Positions 13,797-26,590 are shown, counted from the stretch's first letter. The stretch is 64,000 bases of DNA from Octopus vulgaris (GCA_951406725.2 OX597818.1:46686001-46750000); one strand, 5' to 3'. Translations and numbers: made by a program. The notes: generated by a model not told the origin, from the sequence alone.

Positions 13797-14460
13797 ACAG
13801 AGTTGTTTTAAAACCTTGTCTAATCATAAATGTACAGAGCAGTTTTAAAACTTTACCTACCGTAAATCCTCGAGTATAGTCCGCCCTTGAGTATAATACG
13901 TAGGGGATTTTTAGGGGGCTGTACCTCTGAAAAACCTAAACCTTGTGTATAATACGCACCCCTTCTCTAACTTGAGTCAAGGAGGTCTATATAACGTCCT
14001 TGGTTTGTAAAACTGTATACGGTAACGTCCTTTATTATTATTGTATATATAACATAATGCAAACGTGAAGCTTCTTTGTGTATTTTGTTTGCAGAAAATA
14101 AAGAAATAACAGTAATAATGTTTGATAAATGTTGCTTACTGCAAGTTATGGATGATTCTTTTATGACTTCATTGCTTTCAGGCTTAGCTTAAAGTATTTT
14201 CGCGCCCTACATCACAAAATGCGTCTGAATAAACATTGCCGGACAGCAAATAGAGACTCGGACATTGCTTAAAAAATATTTTTCATTTCTAACCTCGTAT
14301 ATAGGACGCCATAGGGATCTTGACCTTTAAATTTTGGGAAACATTGCGGATTATACACGAGGATTTACGGCATTCATAAACTTACAGAGCTGTTTTAGAA
14401 ATCTTGCCTATTCATAAATGTACGGAGCAGTTTTGAAACCTTGTGTACTCATAAATGTAC
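13797..14460. repeat. ~37-bp minisatellite (about 4 units) split by a MITE
   Basis: ACAGAGCAGTTTTAAAACCTTGTCTATTCATAAATGT-like units lie on both sides of the MITE. Confidence 0.75.
13860..14370. mobile_element. Tc1/mariner-superfamily (pogo/Tc2-like) MITE with CCGTAAATCCTCG TIRs
   Basis: TA|CCGTAAATCCTCGAGTATA ... TATACACGAGGATTTACGG|CA. An inverted sibling lies at 40441-40961. Confidence 0.85.
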
Positions 14461-15361
14461 GATACATTCACAATAATATATGCAGGAAAATTACCAATGA
14501 GCTTGTTATTAAACTATTCATTTAAACATTGCTTTAATATATTGGAGTACAGTTGATTTAATCAACCTCGAGGTGGGGGTTGAAGCGTAGAGTTAAGTCT
14601 AGCACAATTTCGAAGCTATTGCTGGGACAGCAACTATTGAAGTGCCAACACATTTGTGAACAAAAGTTCATCTGGACGAGGTAACAAGTCATACTCCTAT
14701 GGCGCTTTGCAGAGACACACATGAATAATATTCATCACGTGACCTAGCTCGTCCAAATGAAGCTTTCTAATTACCAATAGTGACAGCGGTTCCACTTACT
14801 GCGGATAACAGATCAATAAGACACAAGCACACGTACGCTCGTGCAAATGAAACCCCGAGTCATATACACGCCTAGTATTTCACGTGGGAAGTGGAAGGCA
14901 GAAAACTGCAGCTACTCATGCCTTTTATATGCTTTTTACATAGGTGTGGAATACCCCTTTTACCACAGCGAAACGAACTGACCTTTTGTTAGGAATCTGT
15001 CAGTTATATCCCACTCAGTTTTACTCGATAGATAAGCACAATGATTGTTTTTAATTGAGAAATAGCTACTTCTCAGCGTTAAGATCTGAAATGTAAGATC
15101 CTCTCAACCCTGATGACGGAGACTCGCCTTATCCAATTTTAATTTGCATCCATTACCTGCTTATTGTGATGAACTATATCTGCCAACATTATTATAGATC
15201 TCCGAGCCCCCAGAAACTGCAGTTGGAATTATAATACCTTTCTTCCGCTCCTTTAATTTTCTCTGTCGTTTGTACTCTGCGTAAGTTGGACCTTTTAACA
15301 TAAATATCTATATATTTGTACTTGAAAATTCATCATCTGAAAGTCTCCTCCTTTAGCTTTT

Positions 15362-15596
15362 TTTATTTCTTTACTGCCCACAAGGGGCTACACACAGAGG
15401 GGACAAACAAGGACAGACAAACGGATTAAGTCGATTATATTGACCTCAGTGCGTAACTGGTACTTATTTAATCGACCCCGAAAGGATGAAAGGCAAAGTC
15501 GACCTCGGCGGAATTTGAACTCAGAACGTAACGACGGGCGAAATACTGCAAAGCATTTCGCCCGGCGTGCAAACGTTTCTCCCAGCTCGCCGCCTT
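15362..15596 (-). mobile_element. SINE family B monomer
   Basis: Head through to the CCCCTTGTGGGCAGTAAAGAAAT tail. Confidence 0.9.
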
Positions 15597-15644
15597 TAGC
15601 TTTCTCTCGTTTTGCATGTATACATATATACATAAAAACATATT

Positions 15645-16130
15645 TTGTATTTCATACCCAAACTACTGTAAGCGAGTCGAGGACCTTCTGCGATTCGATC
15701 TGGATCTCGACAACGGTGTTAAAACGGCGACCTTTTAGCTGCATTTTCATCATAAGGAAGAGATGGAAGTCCACAAGTTCAAAATCTGGCGAATAGAGCG
15801 AGTGCGGAAGTGATACCTTGTATTTGGCGAGAAACTCGCGAGTGAGGAGATCTCGGTGAAGAATCCAATTCTTCGCACACCACAGATCGGGTCGCTTTCG
15901 CCGAATATCCTCCCTCAAACACTTCAAAACCTCCCAGTAGAACTCTCGATTGACAGTCTGGCCCCAGGGGACGAACTCTCGATGTACAATACCACCTTTC
16001 AGGAAGTGATGCTCTTGGCGGGTCTTCCAGATCGCGCATCATCTTCCAGAGATGTTCTTCCGCTTTTGAAGCTCCCATGTCGCTTAAAACATTGCGTGTG
16101 ACCCCTTACCTCCGTCACCGTAAGCCTGCC
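15645..16130 (-). mobile_element. Decayed, internally deleted mariner transposase fragment
   Basis: LREDIRRKRPDLW..NWILH and LPHSLYSPDFELVDFHLF..MKMQLKGRRF (YSPDLAP motif). Confidence 0.85.
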
Positions 16131-16238
16131 GAAGTATACTCAATGTCTGTATACGTGTTCTTTCTGAGGAGTTTTGATATTGATTTCCTAATATTAATAA
16201 TAATATATTATCAAAAACAAAAAAAAAAATCGCGTGGT

Positions 16239-16403
<165 letters not shown>

Positions 16404-16760
16404 TAATCGCTCGTATTAAATATATAAATACTTTAATAGTATTAATACTTTGATACAATAGAGCACTCAATATAAATTCAGTATATAATATTCTCGTTGA
16501 ATATATTTAACTAAAGATTTCTGCTCAATGTCTCTGTAGCAGACTTCCCAAGTTTACCGAAAAAATTTCACATTGGCTCTTTGTTCCTGTCCATGACAAA
16601 ATCGCAGACTACAGTAGTAGACATGTGATAACAAAAACACAAATTTCACAACTTGCGAAGTAAACACAGAAACGTCACTGCTTCATGAAGGTCACTGTTA
16701 TCTCTTACTGCGCATGCAACCGTGTACCGTTGTCTGTTGCCGCGCAACAGAACTGGTCGT

Positions 16761-17014
16761 GGAGGCGCGTGGCTTAGTGGTTAGGGTTTCAGCACACTGA
16801 TCGTAAGATTGTAGTTTCGATTACTGGACCGGGCGACGCGTTGTGTTCTCGAGCAAAACACTTCATTTCACGTTGCTCCAGTCCACTCAGCTGGCTAAAA
16901 TGAGTAACGCTGCGATGGACTGGCGTCCCGTCCAGATGAGGAACACATACGCCATAGAAACCCGGAAACTGGGCCCATGAGCCTGGCTAAGCTTTAAAAG
17001 GGCACATTTATTTT
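16761..17014 (+). mobile_element. SINE family C (tRNA head, CORE-like and V-domain-like segments)
   Basis: GGAGGCGCGTGGCTTAGTGGTTAGG head and GCGATGGACTGGCGTCCCGTCCAG segment. Second copy at 45959-46219. Confidence 0.85.
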
Positions 17015-17018
17015 GTAT

Positions 17019-17321
17019 GGAGGCACATGGCCCAGTGGTTAGAGCAGCGGACTCGCGGTCGAGGGATCGCGGGTTCGAATCTCAGACCGGGCGATGTGTA
17101 TGTTTATGAGCGAAACACCAAAGCTCCACGCGGATCCGGCAGAAGGTAATGACGAACTTCTGCTGACTCTTTCGCCACAACTTTCTCTCACTCTTTCCTC
17201 CTGCATCTTGCAGCTCACCTGCAACGGACCGGCGTCCCGTCCAGGTGGGGGAACCTATACGCCAAGAAACCGGGAAACCGGCCCTTATGAGCCAGGCATG
17301 GCTCGAGAAGGAACAAACAAC
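17019..17321 (+). mobile_element. SINE family D (tRNA head, V-domain-like segment)
   Basis: A box TGGCCCAGTGG and B box GGTTCGAATC. Second copy at 62710-63012(-). Confidence 0.85.
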
Positions 17322-17329
17322 TACAGAAC

Positions 17330-17360
17330 TAGTCTGGGAAACTTTTTGATACCACCTCGT
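17330..17360 (-). mobile_element. Isolated mariner-like TIR
   Basis: GAAACTTTTTGATACCACCTCG|TA. Confidence 0.5.
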
Positions 17361-17801
17361 ATTTTTCTGCTGTATAGACATCTCGCAGTTGCTTCAAACC
17401 ACCGTGAACAAAACTGCATAATTTCTTAACCAGATGAATGAAAATGGGTGCAAATGCAACTGCGCGACGACTATGCAGTAGAAACATATGTTGAACAGAT
17501 TTGATGAAATATGCTGTAGAGTTAACAGTAAAAATAAAAAAGAAATGTGCGGGTGTATTATTCTTTGTATTCATTGTACTTGTCTTGGTTATACACTTGG
17601 TAAGCTATTTATAATCCAACAAAGCGAACCCATGACTTAACCATTGGATGAAATACATTAGAACTGCTTGCCTCAATTAATCCTATGTGTTCCTTACCAC
17701 TCGATGCTGTTAACCATTACTTGCATTATAATTGAGTGCTTGGGTGGTACCCGCCTGGATATATTATCCATATCTATTCGATAAATAAATATTCATACAT
17801 A

Positions 17802-18203
17802 GGCGCAGGAGTGGCTGTGTGGCTTGCTAACCAACCACATGGTTCCGGGTTCAGTCCCACTGCGTGGCATCTTGGGCAAGTGTCTTCTACTATGGCCCCG
17901 GGCCGACCAATGCCTTGTGAGTGGATTTGCTAGACGGAAACTGAAAGAAGCCTGTCGTATATATGTATATATATATATATATATGTGTGTGTTTGTGTGT
18001 CTGTGTTTGTCCCCCTAGCATTGCTTGACAACCGATGCTGGTGTGTTTACGTCCCCGTAACTTAGCGGTTCGGCAAAAGAGACCGATAGAATAAGTACTG
18101 GGCTTACAAAGAATAAGTCCTGGGGTCGATTTGCTCGACTAAAGGCGGTGCTCCAGCATGGCCGCAGTCAAATGACTGAAACAAGTAAAAGAGTAAAAGA
18201 GTA
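17802..18203 (+). mobile_element. SINE family A
   Basis: Matches the family consensus. Confidence 0.9.
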
Positions 18204-18275
18204 ATATATATATATATATATATATATATTATTTTAAAATGGGATAAGAACGCAAAACATCCAGACAGTTAGGTG

Positions 18276-18452
18276 ATACAAAAAAGGGACAACAAAACAT
18301 CCAGATTGGCTAGATTGGAGCAATCTCAAGTATAACCAGCCGAAATTGCAAAGATAGTCTGGAACTCGACTGAGGAAAGAAAAATCCGAATGATCCGTTC
18401 TTGTTTTCTTTGTATCGTCTATCTGGATGTTTTGTTGTCCCTTTTTTTGTAT
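18276..18452. repeat. 31-bp inverted repeat with a ~114-bp spacer, embedded in (TA)n
   Basis: ATACAAAAAAGGGACAACAAAACATCCAGAT (18276-18306) and its reverse complement at 18421-18452. Confidence 0.85.
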
Positions 18453-18537
18453 TTTTTATATATAAAACATATAGCGGCATACGTACACTCTGGTCTATAT
18501 ATATATACTTTAATGTATGAGAGTTTACATTTTAAAC

Positions 18538-18672
18538 CAGGCATAGACAACTTCTTTCGAGAAGTGGGCCGCATCAGACATGGCTCAGCCAGGTACACCA
18601 CACTACTAAAAATAATTCAAGGTAATTTTTCATGCAGAAAGTCACGTGCAGGCCACAGTTTAGCCATGAGTG
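18538..18672. mobile_element. hAT (Charlie-like) MITE
   Basis: CAGGCATAGACAAC ... GTTTAGCCATGAGTG ends, with an 8-bp TSD TTTTAAAC/TTTTAGAC. Confidence 0.7.
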
Positions 18673-18755
18673 TTTTAGACAGTGGACAAAGGCAATGAGC
18701 GGTGGATGCATGTATAGGCACATATTCTATAACATGGAGGATGCTTCACTCTCTT

Positions 18756-18796
<41 letters not shown>

Positions 18797-18826
18797 CTTT
18801 TTCATATATATATATATATATATATC

Positions 18827-18862
<36 letters not shown>

Positions 18863-18928
18863 TCTCTCTCTGTACATATATATATACACACACATAAATA
18901 CATGCATGCATATATATGTGTCTGTGTG

Positions 18929-18962
<34 letters not shown>

Positions 18963-19079
18963 TGTATGTATGTATATATGCACACACACCCCACATATAT
19001 ATATTTATACAGAGAGAGGGATAGAGAGAGAGAAACATACACCACATTACTGAATGTGTATGTCTATATATATATATGA

Positions 19080-19097
19080 ATATGCATGCACCGCCTG

Positions 19098-19129
<32 letters not shown>

Positions 19130-19390
19130 CTTAAAACAGTAATTTTAAGCGCTCACACGTTACAGTATGTATAAATGTATGCACAAAACTATTTTAAGAG
19201 GAATACATTAGGGAATAAATAAAACTACAACTTAATCATAATATTATAGGTTTATATATTCCCAAATGTGTTTCTCACAAAATGTTCATGTTTAAAACCT
19301 TCTAATGTGTGTGCGTGCTTAAAGTTGATGCATAATCACATAGAGTCAGGCAGTGGAAGCTTTCAACGCGGTGGATGCCTGCATATGAAT
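19080..19390. mobile_element. Old foldback/MITE-like element with long degenerate inverted arms
   Basis: CACCGCCTGACTCT pairs with AGAGTCAGGCAGTG, and ACATTAGGGAATA pairs with TATTCCCAAATGT. Confidence 0.5.
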
Positions 19391-20120
19391 ATATGTTGAT
19401 GTATGTATATGTGTGTGTTCATATGCATACATACATATCACACACACACACACACACACTCGCCGCAAATGATGTCGACTACTGTGTGATAGGTAATGGT
19501 GCAATGACAGTTACTGAGATGATAAGGTGCATTATCTTCTGGCTCGTCAACATCCTCAACACCATCATCACCATCATCATCATCATCACCATCATCATCG
19601 TCAACATCCTTATTACCATCATCTGCTGTTGACGGAGGAAGATATTTTGAAAGGTGCACAGTAAATATGCAACCATCTCTTTCTACAGCTCAGTACAGAA
19701 ACCGAATTTACTGTGAGGTCCTTTTGTAATTTTTATGTAATATTCAGCAACACTTTAGTCATAACCTTTATAGTTACTAAGTAGTGTGGGTGATCTTACA
19801 GTCCCTTTTCGCTCTGCTTGCTTGCTTGAGAACTTAGCAAACTCAGCCACATGATTTCCTACGATTTTTTCAGCTCCAGTTCTCTCAGCTCTAGAAATGA
19901 GCTGTGACGTCACTGGTGCCAAGCTGTATCGGCCTTTGCCTTTCCCTTGGATAACATCAGTGGCATAGAAAGGGGAAGTTGATATGCATGGGTGACTGCT
20001 AATCTTCCATAAACAACCTTGCCCGGACTTGTGCCTTGCAGGAAAACTTTCTATGTGCAATCCCATGGTCAATCATGATGTAAGGGGTCTTTAGCCTTTT
20101 ACACATCCTTTACTAATATA

Positions 20121-20283
20121 GACGCAGGAGTGGCTGTATGGTAAGTATCTTGCTTACCAACCACATGGTTCTGAGTTCAGTCCCATTGCGTGGCTCCTTG
20201 GGAAAGTGTCTTCTACTATAGCCTCGGGCCGACCAAAGCCTTGTGAGTAGATTTGGAAGACGAAAAATGAAAGAAGCCCGTCG

Positions 20284-20363
<80 letters not shown>

Positions 20364-20385
20364 TTTGTGTCTGTGTTTGTCCCCC
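20121..20385 (+). mobile_element. SINE family A, 5' half
   Basis: Head and CORE-like domain; it stops just after the microsatellite. Confidence 0.85.
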
Positions 20386-20816
20386 CTACATATATATGTA
20401 TATATACATGCATATATGGGTACAGGACATCAAAAAAACGTTGAACACAATGAGAAACGAAATCATAAAAAGAAAAAACATAGAAACGAACGGTTTCTCG
20501 AACAACGAAAAAAATAAACGAGACGTGCAACATAAAGAATATCCCCCTTCTTCAGTTGTCCCTGTTTTATTTACACCGCGTTCCGAATGCAAGGACAATA
20601 CGCGACTTCGTTGAAACAATCCTTCCCGCAAAGCAAATTAAATAAAATTTGGGATTTTTTGCGGAGGGTGAAAGTGGTAACAAGAACAGGACAGTGAGGA
20701 CAAAACAAGCGAGTAAATACTGGCTTGAAAACCCCTTATGGACAGAAAAAGTCGAAATTTGCTCTTGAAATTCGAACCCACATCTCCTGTAAGCATAGGT
20801 AAAAAAAATTCAAAGT

Positions 20817-20887
20817 ATTGCTTTGGTACAATGGTAGAATGCCTGTCTTGTCTGTGGGAAATGTTGGTTCGAGTCCCACGAGTAGCC
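20817..20887 (+). pseudogene. Degenerate tRNA-like sequence (Gly-like) followed by a T5 run
   Basis: A box TGGTACAATGG and B box GGTTCGAGTCC. Cloverleaf stems are recoverable with wobbles and mismatches. Confidence 0.55.
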
Positions 20888-21160
20888 TTCGGCTTTTTCT
20901 ATCCAAAAGGGGTTTTCAATCCAATACTTACATACTGTTATTCATAGCTTTATGTGTGTGCTTTGAGATATGTTATTCTGAAAACGATTCATTCCACGTT
21001 CCCTCGAAAGTTAAATTTTTTATGACGTCAACAATGTGTGTGGTAAGAGTGTACTGTGAAATTAGACCCCATGAAGGTGTCTTTGGCAGGTTTTAATGAG
21101 GATCGAACCGACAGACTCGGTTATGCATATGACTGTTTATTTATGTATTTATTTATTTAT

Positions 21161-21227
<67 letters not shown>

Positions 21228-21916
21228 CAACGCATACCCTCTCAAGTATATATTGACACTTAGATATATATGAGTGTGGGCGTGCATGCATTTGTGTGTG
21301 TATACACATTAATTAAGATGTACAAAGAAAGACATGTTTTTATGTATGTATGTATGTATGTATGTATGTATGTATGTGTTTGTTTGTGTGTGTGTGTATG
21401 TATGTATGTATGTATGTATGTATGTATGTATGTATGTATGTATGTATGTATGTATGTATGTATGAGCATACGCATGTATACAAGTGATTAAATGAATTCG
21501 AGAAATCGTCTTAATACACTTTATTACTTTTTAAAACCTTCGGATAAATGGTACATGTTTTATGCGTTGCGTAAGAGATTCATTCTACTTGCGCTGTTTT
21601 ATGCTTCGCTGAGAATAAGTTGCATTAAGTTGCAGAGACAAAAGAGGAAGAGAGCTTGAGGAAACTGTAAATATTGACGTAAACGATGTCATAGATTTAC
21701 GGAGTGATAAAGAGGAAAGCAAATATTAACATCACTTGCTTTTTGTTTGTTGTTGTTTTTACACCAGGTACCAACAGAAAGTAAGAAAAATGGAAATTAT
21801 GTCAGATTAATTTTCCTGGATGTAATGAACGTAACGTGTACTATAATGATAGTTGTTAGTTAGCAAAGCAATTTGTATGTTTGTCTTTGTTGCTTCTTCA
21901 TATATATATATATATA

Positions 21917-22075
21917 GGAGTGGCTGTGTGGTAAGTAGCTTGCTTACCAACCATATGGTTCCGGGGGTTCAGCCCCACTGCGTGGCACCTTGGCCAAGTA
22001 TCTGTTACCATAGCCTCGGGCCGACCAAAGCCTTGTGAGTGGATTTGGTAGACGGAAACTGAAAGAAGCCCATCG

Positions 22076-22132
<57 letters not shown>

Positions 22133-22427
22133 TTATATGGGTGTGTGTATGTATGTATGTATGTATGTATGTATGTATATATGTGTGTGTGTATGTATAA
22201 GTTTGTGTGTCTGTGTTTGTCCCCCCAACATCGCTTGACAACCGATGCTGGTGTGTTTGCATCCTCGTCACTTGGTGGTTCGACAAGAGAGACCGATAAA
22301 ATAAATACTAGGCTTTCAAAGAATAAGTCCTGGTGTTGATTTGCTCGACTAAAGGCGGTGCTCCAGCATGGTCGCAGTCAAATGACTGAAACAAATAAAA
22401 GAATAAAAGAACAAAAGAATAAAAGAA
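21917..22427 (+). mobile_element. SINE family A
   Basis: Matches the family consensus. Confidence 0.9.
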
Positions 22428-24039
22428 TATATATATATATAAGTGCCAACCCTTTTAACGATATCGGAAATGAGATGCTATACTTGAACACACCCTACTT
22501 CAACCAAGTTTAGAAGGAATAAAGAAAATATAAACATGCAAAACTATGATACATTTAACGAGAAAGCTGAAAGGGATTATTTTTGAACACAGGGGAGAAG
22601 AGTAAGGAAGATAAAGCTAAAAATAAAGGTAATTGTGTTGGAACAGAAAGCAACAATTGCTAATTGAGTATTTAATACGTTGACAACTTGAAGCGATGTC
22701 TTTTTCGCGGAGACCAATGCAGATCTCTTAAGAAACGCTATACGTTTGAATGTTCGCGAAAGCGTCAGCTTCTCAATAACTGGTTGTTTATACAAGCACA
22801 TCCTATTATCAGAAACTGTTTACATTCAACCGGATCCCTTAACTTACCATCGCTATGTTGAAAACACATCGTTCAACACCATTCGCCGACCGCTCTATTT
22901 TCGTAAAGTACAATCTGCTATTTACCGACGAGTATCAATCTCCCCTACCGGAAATAATCTATCAGTAATATTGGTGCTCGCTCAAATGTGTCAGTTGTTT
23001 AATAACTTAATCAAAAGAATTTGCATTAGTTTATGGTTGCTTATAAACATTTCGTTATCTGTTATGTTAATGAGATACGCAAAATGAATGTCGTGTATTT
23101 TCGTTTCCTTTTTTATTTTCATTTGTAAAAACATTTTTTTTAAAGTTTGTTTTGACTAATGTTGGAAAATTAATGAAATTCGAAGCTAAAACTTTCAAAG
23201 CCACCGTATAATCGATTAACAAATTTAATTTATTCGTTTGTTTTTATATCTAATTAAGAAGAAATTCAACCCGTAACTAATATCTCATTCGGTCCGAGAG
23301 TTTACAACTTTGGCATGGATTTGCAGAAATCATTGGTTGCATATCATTTATTTCAGGATAAGAAGGCAAGTTCCAGTTTTTAGAATATAATTTACTGCCG
23401 CAGTGAGTACAAGTAGATAGGTAAGTAGAAAGTATGCTCCAGTTAGCTCGTTGGTATATTTATATATTCCATTAGCACATTTCTGTTTTTAGACCCCATT
23501 TATCTCATCCGAAATATTAAACAAATTAAACTGCTTGAAAAAAAAATAAAACTAATCATAAGTGTTTTTTGGTTTACAATATCCATAACTCAGGGGTGTC
23601 CCCCGCCCTTTGCTTTTTTTTTCCATTTAGTTCCGATTTTAAAAAATGATATGAAAAAGATTAAACAAGTTTTGTGTACTTTTAGCGGTTAAGGTCATAG
23701 CGAACATCAACGAGTATTCTTGAAGTTGAAGGGAAATTTAGAAGAAAACAACTCCAGCATTATCTCAAGAAAAGAAAATTGCAGACGAAGAAGGGGGGAA
23801 AATAATAGAAAATCGTATTGTTCTAAAAAGAAGAAAACACAGTTTGAAAGTAAAGTTTCGATAGCATAGTTACTGCTGAATATACCTAATTAAGTGAAAG
23901 AATTTCGTATCGCAGAATAATCAGAATAAGCCAAGTTATAAGGTCTTCGTTTCGCTGATTTGGGACAAATGATGAAATTTCATTTCTTTACAGAAATCTA
24001 AGTGAATATGTAGGTGAAATAGTTCCAAGTATTGTAATA

Positions 24040-24541
24040 TCAGACTTTACAAAAATAAGTACTAGGGGTCGATTGGTTTGACTAATTGCATGGCCGCAAT
24101 CTAATGACTGAAACAAGTAAACGAATAAAAGAATATTCGTTCATTCATTTACTCTTTTACTTGTTTCAGTCATTTGACTGTGGCCATGCTGGAGCACCGC
24201 CTTTTAGTCGAGCAAATCGACCCCAGGACTTATTCTTTGTAAGCCTGGTACTTATTTTATCGCTCAATTTTGCCGAACCACTAAGTTACGGGGACATAAA
24301 CACACCAGCAACGGTTGTCAAGCGATGTTGGGGGGACAAACACACACACATATATATATAAATACATATACATATATACGACGGGCTTCTTTCAGTTTCC
24401 ATCTACCAAACCCATTAATATGGCTTTGGTCGGGCCGAGGCTATAGTAGAAGACACTTGCCCAAGGTGCCACGCAGTGGGACTGAACCCGGAACTGTGTT
24501 GTAGGTAAGCAAGCTACTTACCACACAGCCACTCCCGCGCC
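24040..24541. mobile_element. SINE-A tail fragment (+, 24040-24132) facing a full SINE-A (-, 24150-24541)
   Basis: The two GACTGAAACAAGTAAA tails are in opposite orientations. Confidence 0.85.
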
Positions 24542-24550
24542 TATATATAA

Positions 24551-24626
<76 letters not shown>

Positions 24627-24907
24627 GGAGGCGCAATGGCCCAGTGGTTAGGGCAGCGGACTCGCGGTCGGAGGATCGCGGTTTCGATGTGTGTTTATTG
24701 AGCGAAAACACCTAAAAGCTCCACGAGCCTCCGGCAGGGGCAGGGGTAGGTGATCCCTGCTGTACTCTTTCACCACTCTTTCTTCTGTTGGCCTGCTCGC
24801 TTAGCCAGCGGGATGGCGTCATTCAAAGGTTAAAACAATGCGAACGCATTGTGACCAGCGATGTGTAACAACATCTGATGGTCTGGTCGGTCACGTGATC
24901 ACGTGAT
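24627..24907 (+). mobile_element. SINE family E (head like D, different tail ending GGTCGGTCACGTGAT), inserted in (TA)n
   Basis: Second copy at 30876-31178(-). Confidence 0.85.
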
Positions 24908-25093
24908 ATATAATATATATATATAATATATAATATAATATGATATAATGTTGCTTTATATTATATATAATATACTGTCGTGATATTGGGTTTTATCTTC
25001 TTCTTAAAGTAACAGAGTTTTCCCATTGCTTCTATAATGTTAGGTCGTATGTATGGTGTGTGTTTTAAAGTTACTAAAGATGCAACGAGTATA

Positions 25094-25250
25094 CCGTTCC
25101 CGATTTTTTTGTTGTGGTTCTTTTATTTTCTTTGTTTATATTGAACTTATTTCGAAGTTTCTGTTGAGCCGCTTCCACATCGAAATTGATTTCATAGGTT
25201 ATTTTTTTTTACTTCCAGGAAGGCATACCTTCTTGCCATTTGAAACTCTT
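25094..25250 (+). repeat. Unclassified ~155-bp dispersed repeat, copy 1
   Basis: Reverse-complement match to 29670-29813. Confidence 0.8.
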
Positions 25251-25337
25251 TAATTCAAAACCTCGAAGATGTCTAAAAGAATATTAAGAACAAATAATTC
25301 CAACATAATCGGTAGTTCAGAGTGCGGTCTAACTTTC

Positions 25338-25904
25338 TGTCGATTGAATGAAATGTAATACATCTATCCCCGATTATCGCTGATTCATTCATCACTGATC
25401 AGGAATAACATGGTACGTAAATTATGAACTGTGTCGATTGAATGAAATGTAATACATCTATCCCCGTTTATCGCTGATTCATTCATCACTGATCAGGAAT
25501 AACATGGTACGTAAATTATGAACTGTGTCGATTGAATGAAATGTAATACATCTATCCCCGTTTATCGCTGATTCATTCATCACTGATCAGGAATAACATG
25601 GTACGTAAATTATGAACTGTGTCGATTGAATGAAATGTAATACATCTATCCCCGATTATCGCTGATTCATTCATCACTGATCAGGAATAACATGGTACGT
25701 AAATTATGAACTGTGTCGATTGAATGAAATGTAATACATCTATCCCCGTTTATCGCTGATTCATTCATCACTGATCAGGAATAACATGGTACGTAAATTA
25801 TGAACTGTGTCGATTGAATGAAATGTAATACATCTATTCCTGTTTATCGCTGATTCATTCATCACTGATCAGGAATAACATGGTACGTAAATTATGAACT
25901 GTGT
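25338..25904. repeat. Tandem array of 6 x 94 bp near-identical units
   Basis: The C of GTCGATTG falls at 25341, 25435, 25529, 25623, 25717 and 25811. Confidence 0.97.
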
Positions 25905-26359
25905 TACGCTTGTCACGAATTGATCTGCAGTAACCCAGGTCTGGAATAACTCAGTCAATGATTCTACTTGGACCGTCCCCATGACCATCTCCAATGCTAG
26001 GTACAACCTGGAATCTCAAAACGAAACCTACCTCAGCCCATATGCTCTATTATTCATTGATTACTGATTCATTTACTGCAGTGTTTTTTGGAACCAACCC
26101 CTCTCCACCGTGATAAACGAGTATAGATGTATAATCAAAGGAAAATGAAAAGTCGAAACGGAAATAACGAAGTGTTGTTCCCCTACACGTAAAGTGAAGT
26201 GCGACTGAGAGAGAGAGAGAGACAGACAGACAGAGAGACAGAGAGAGACAGACAGACAGACAGACAGAGAACAAAGGAACATTCGACACAAACAAAAACC
26301 GTACTGAGGAGAAACCGTTCTGAAGAGAAACCATACAATAAAAAGAACCGTGTAAACCC

Positions 26360-26590
26360 ATTTCTTTATTACCCACAAGGGGCTAAACATAGAAGGGACA
26401 AACAAGGACAGACATAGGTATTAAGTCGATTGCATCGACCAAAGTGCGTAACTGGTACTTAATTTATCGACTCCGAAAGGATGAAAGGTAAAGTCGACCT
26501 CAGCGGAATTTGAACTCACAACGTAACGGCAGACGAAATACCGCTAAGCATTTCGCCTGACGTGCTAACGTTTCTGCCAGCTCGACGCCT
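26360..26590 (-). mobile_element. SINE family B monomer
   Basis: Matches the family consensus. Confidence 0.9.

Noticed and set aside
17019-17095. Functional tRNA genes at SINE heads
   Set aside because: A and B boxes are present, but the acceptor and anticodon stems do not close and the sequence continues into SINE bodies.
22600-22990. Possible Tc1-like transposase remnant on the minus strand
   Set aside because: Only a faint SGR-type motif; no TIR or catalytic motif could be confirmed.
25338-25904. CRISPR array
   Set aside because: The units are contiguous with no unique spacers, there are no cas genes, and the context is eukaryotic.
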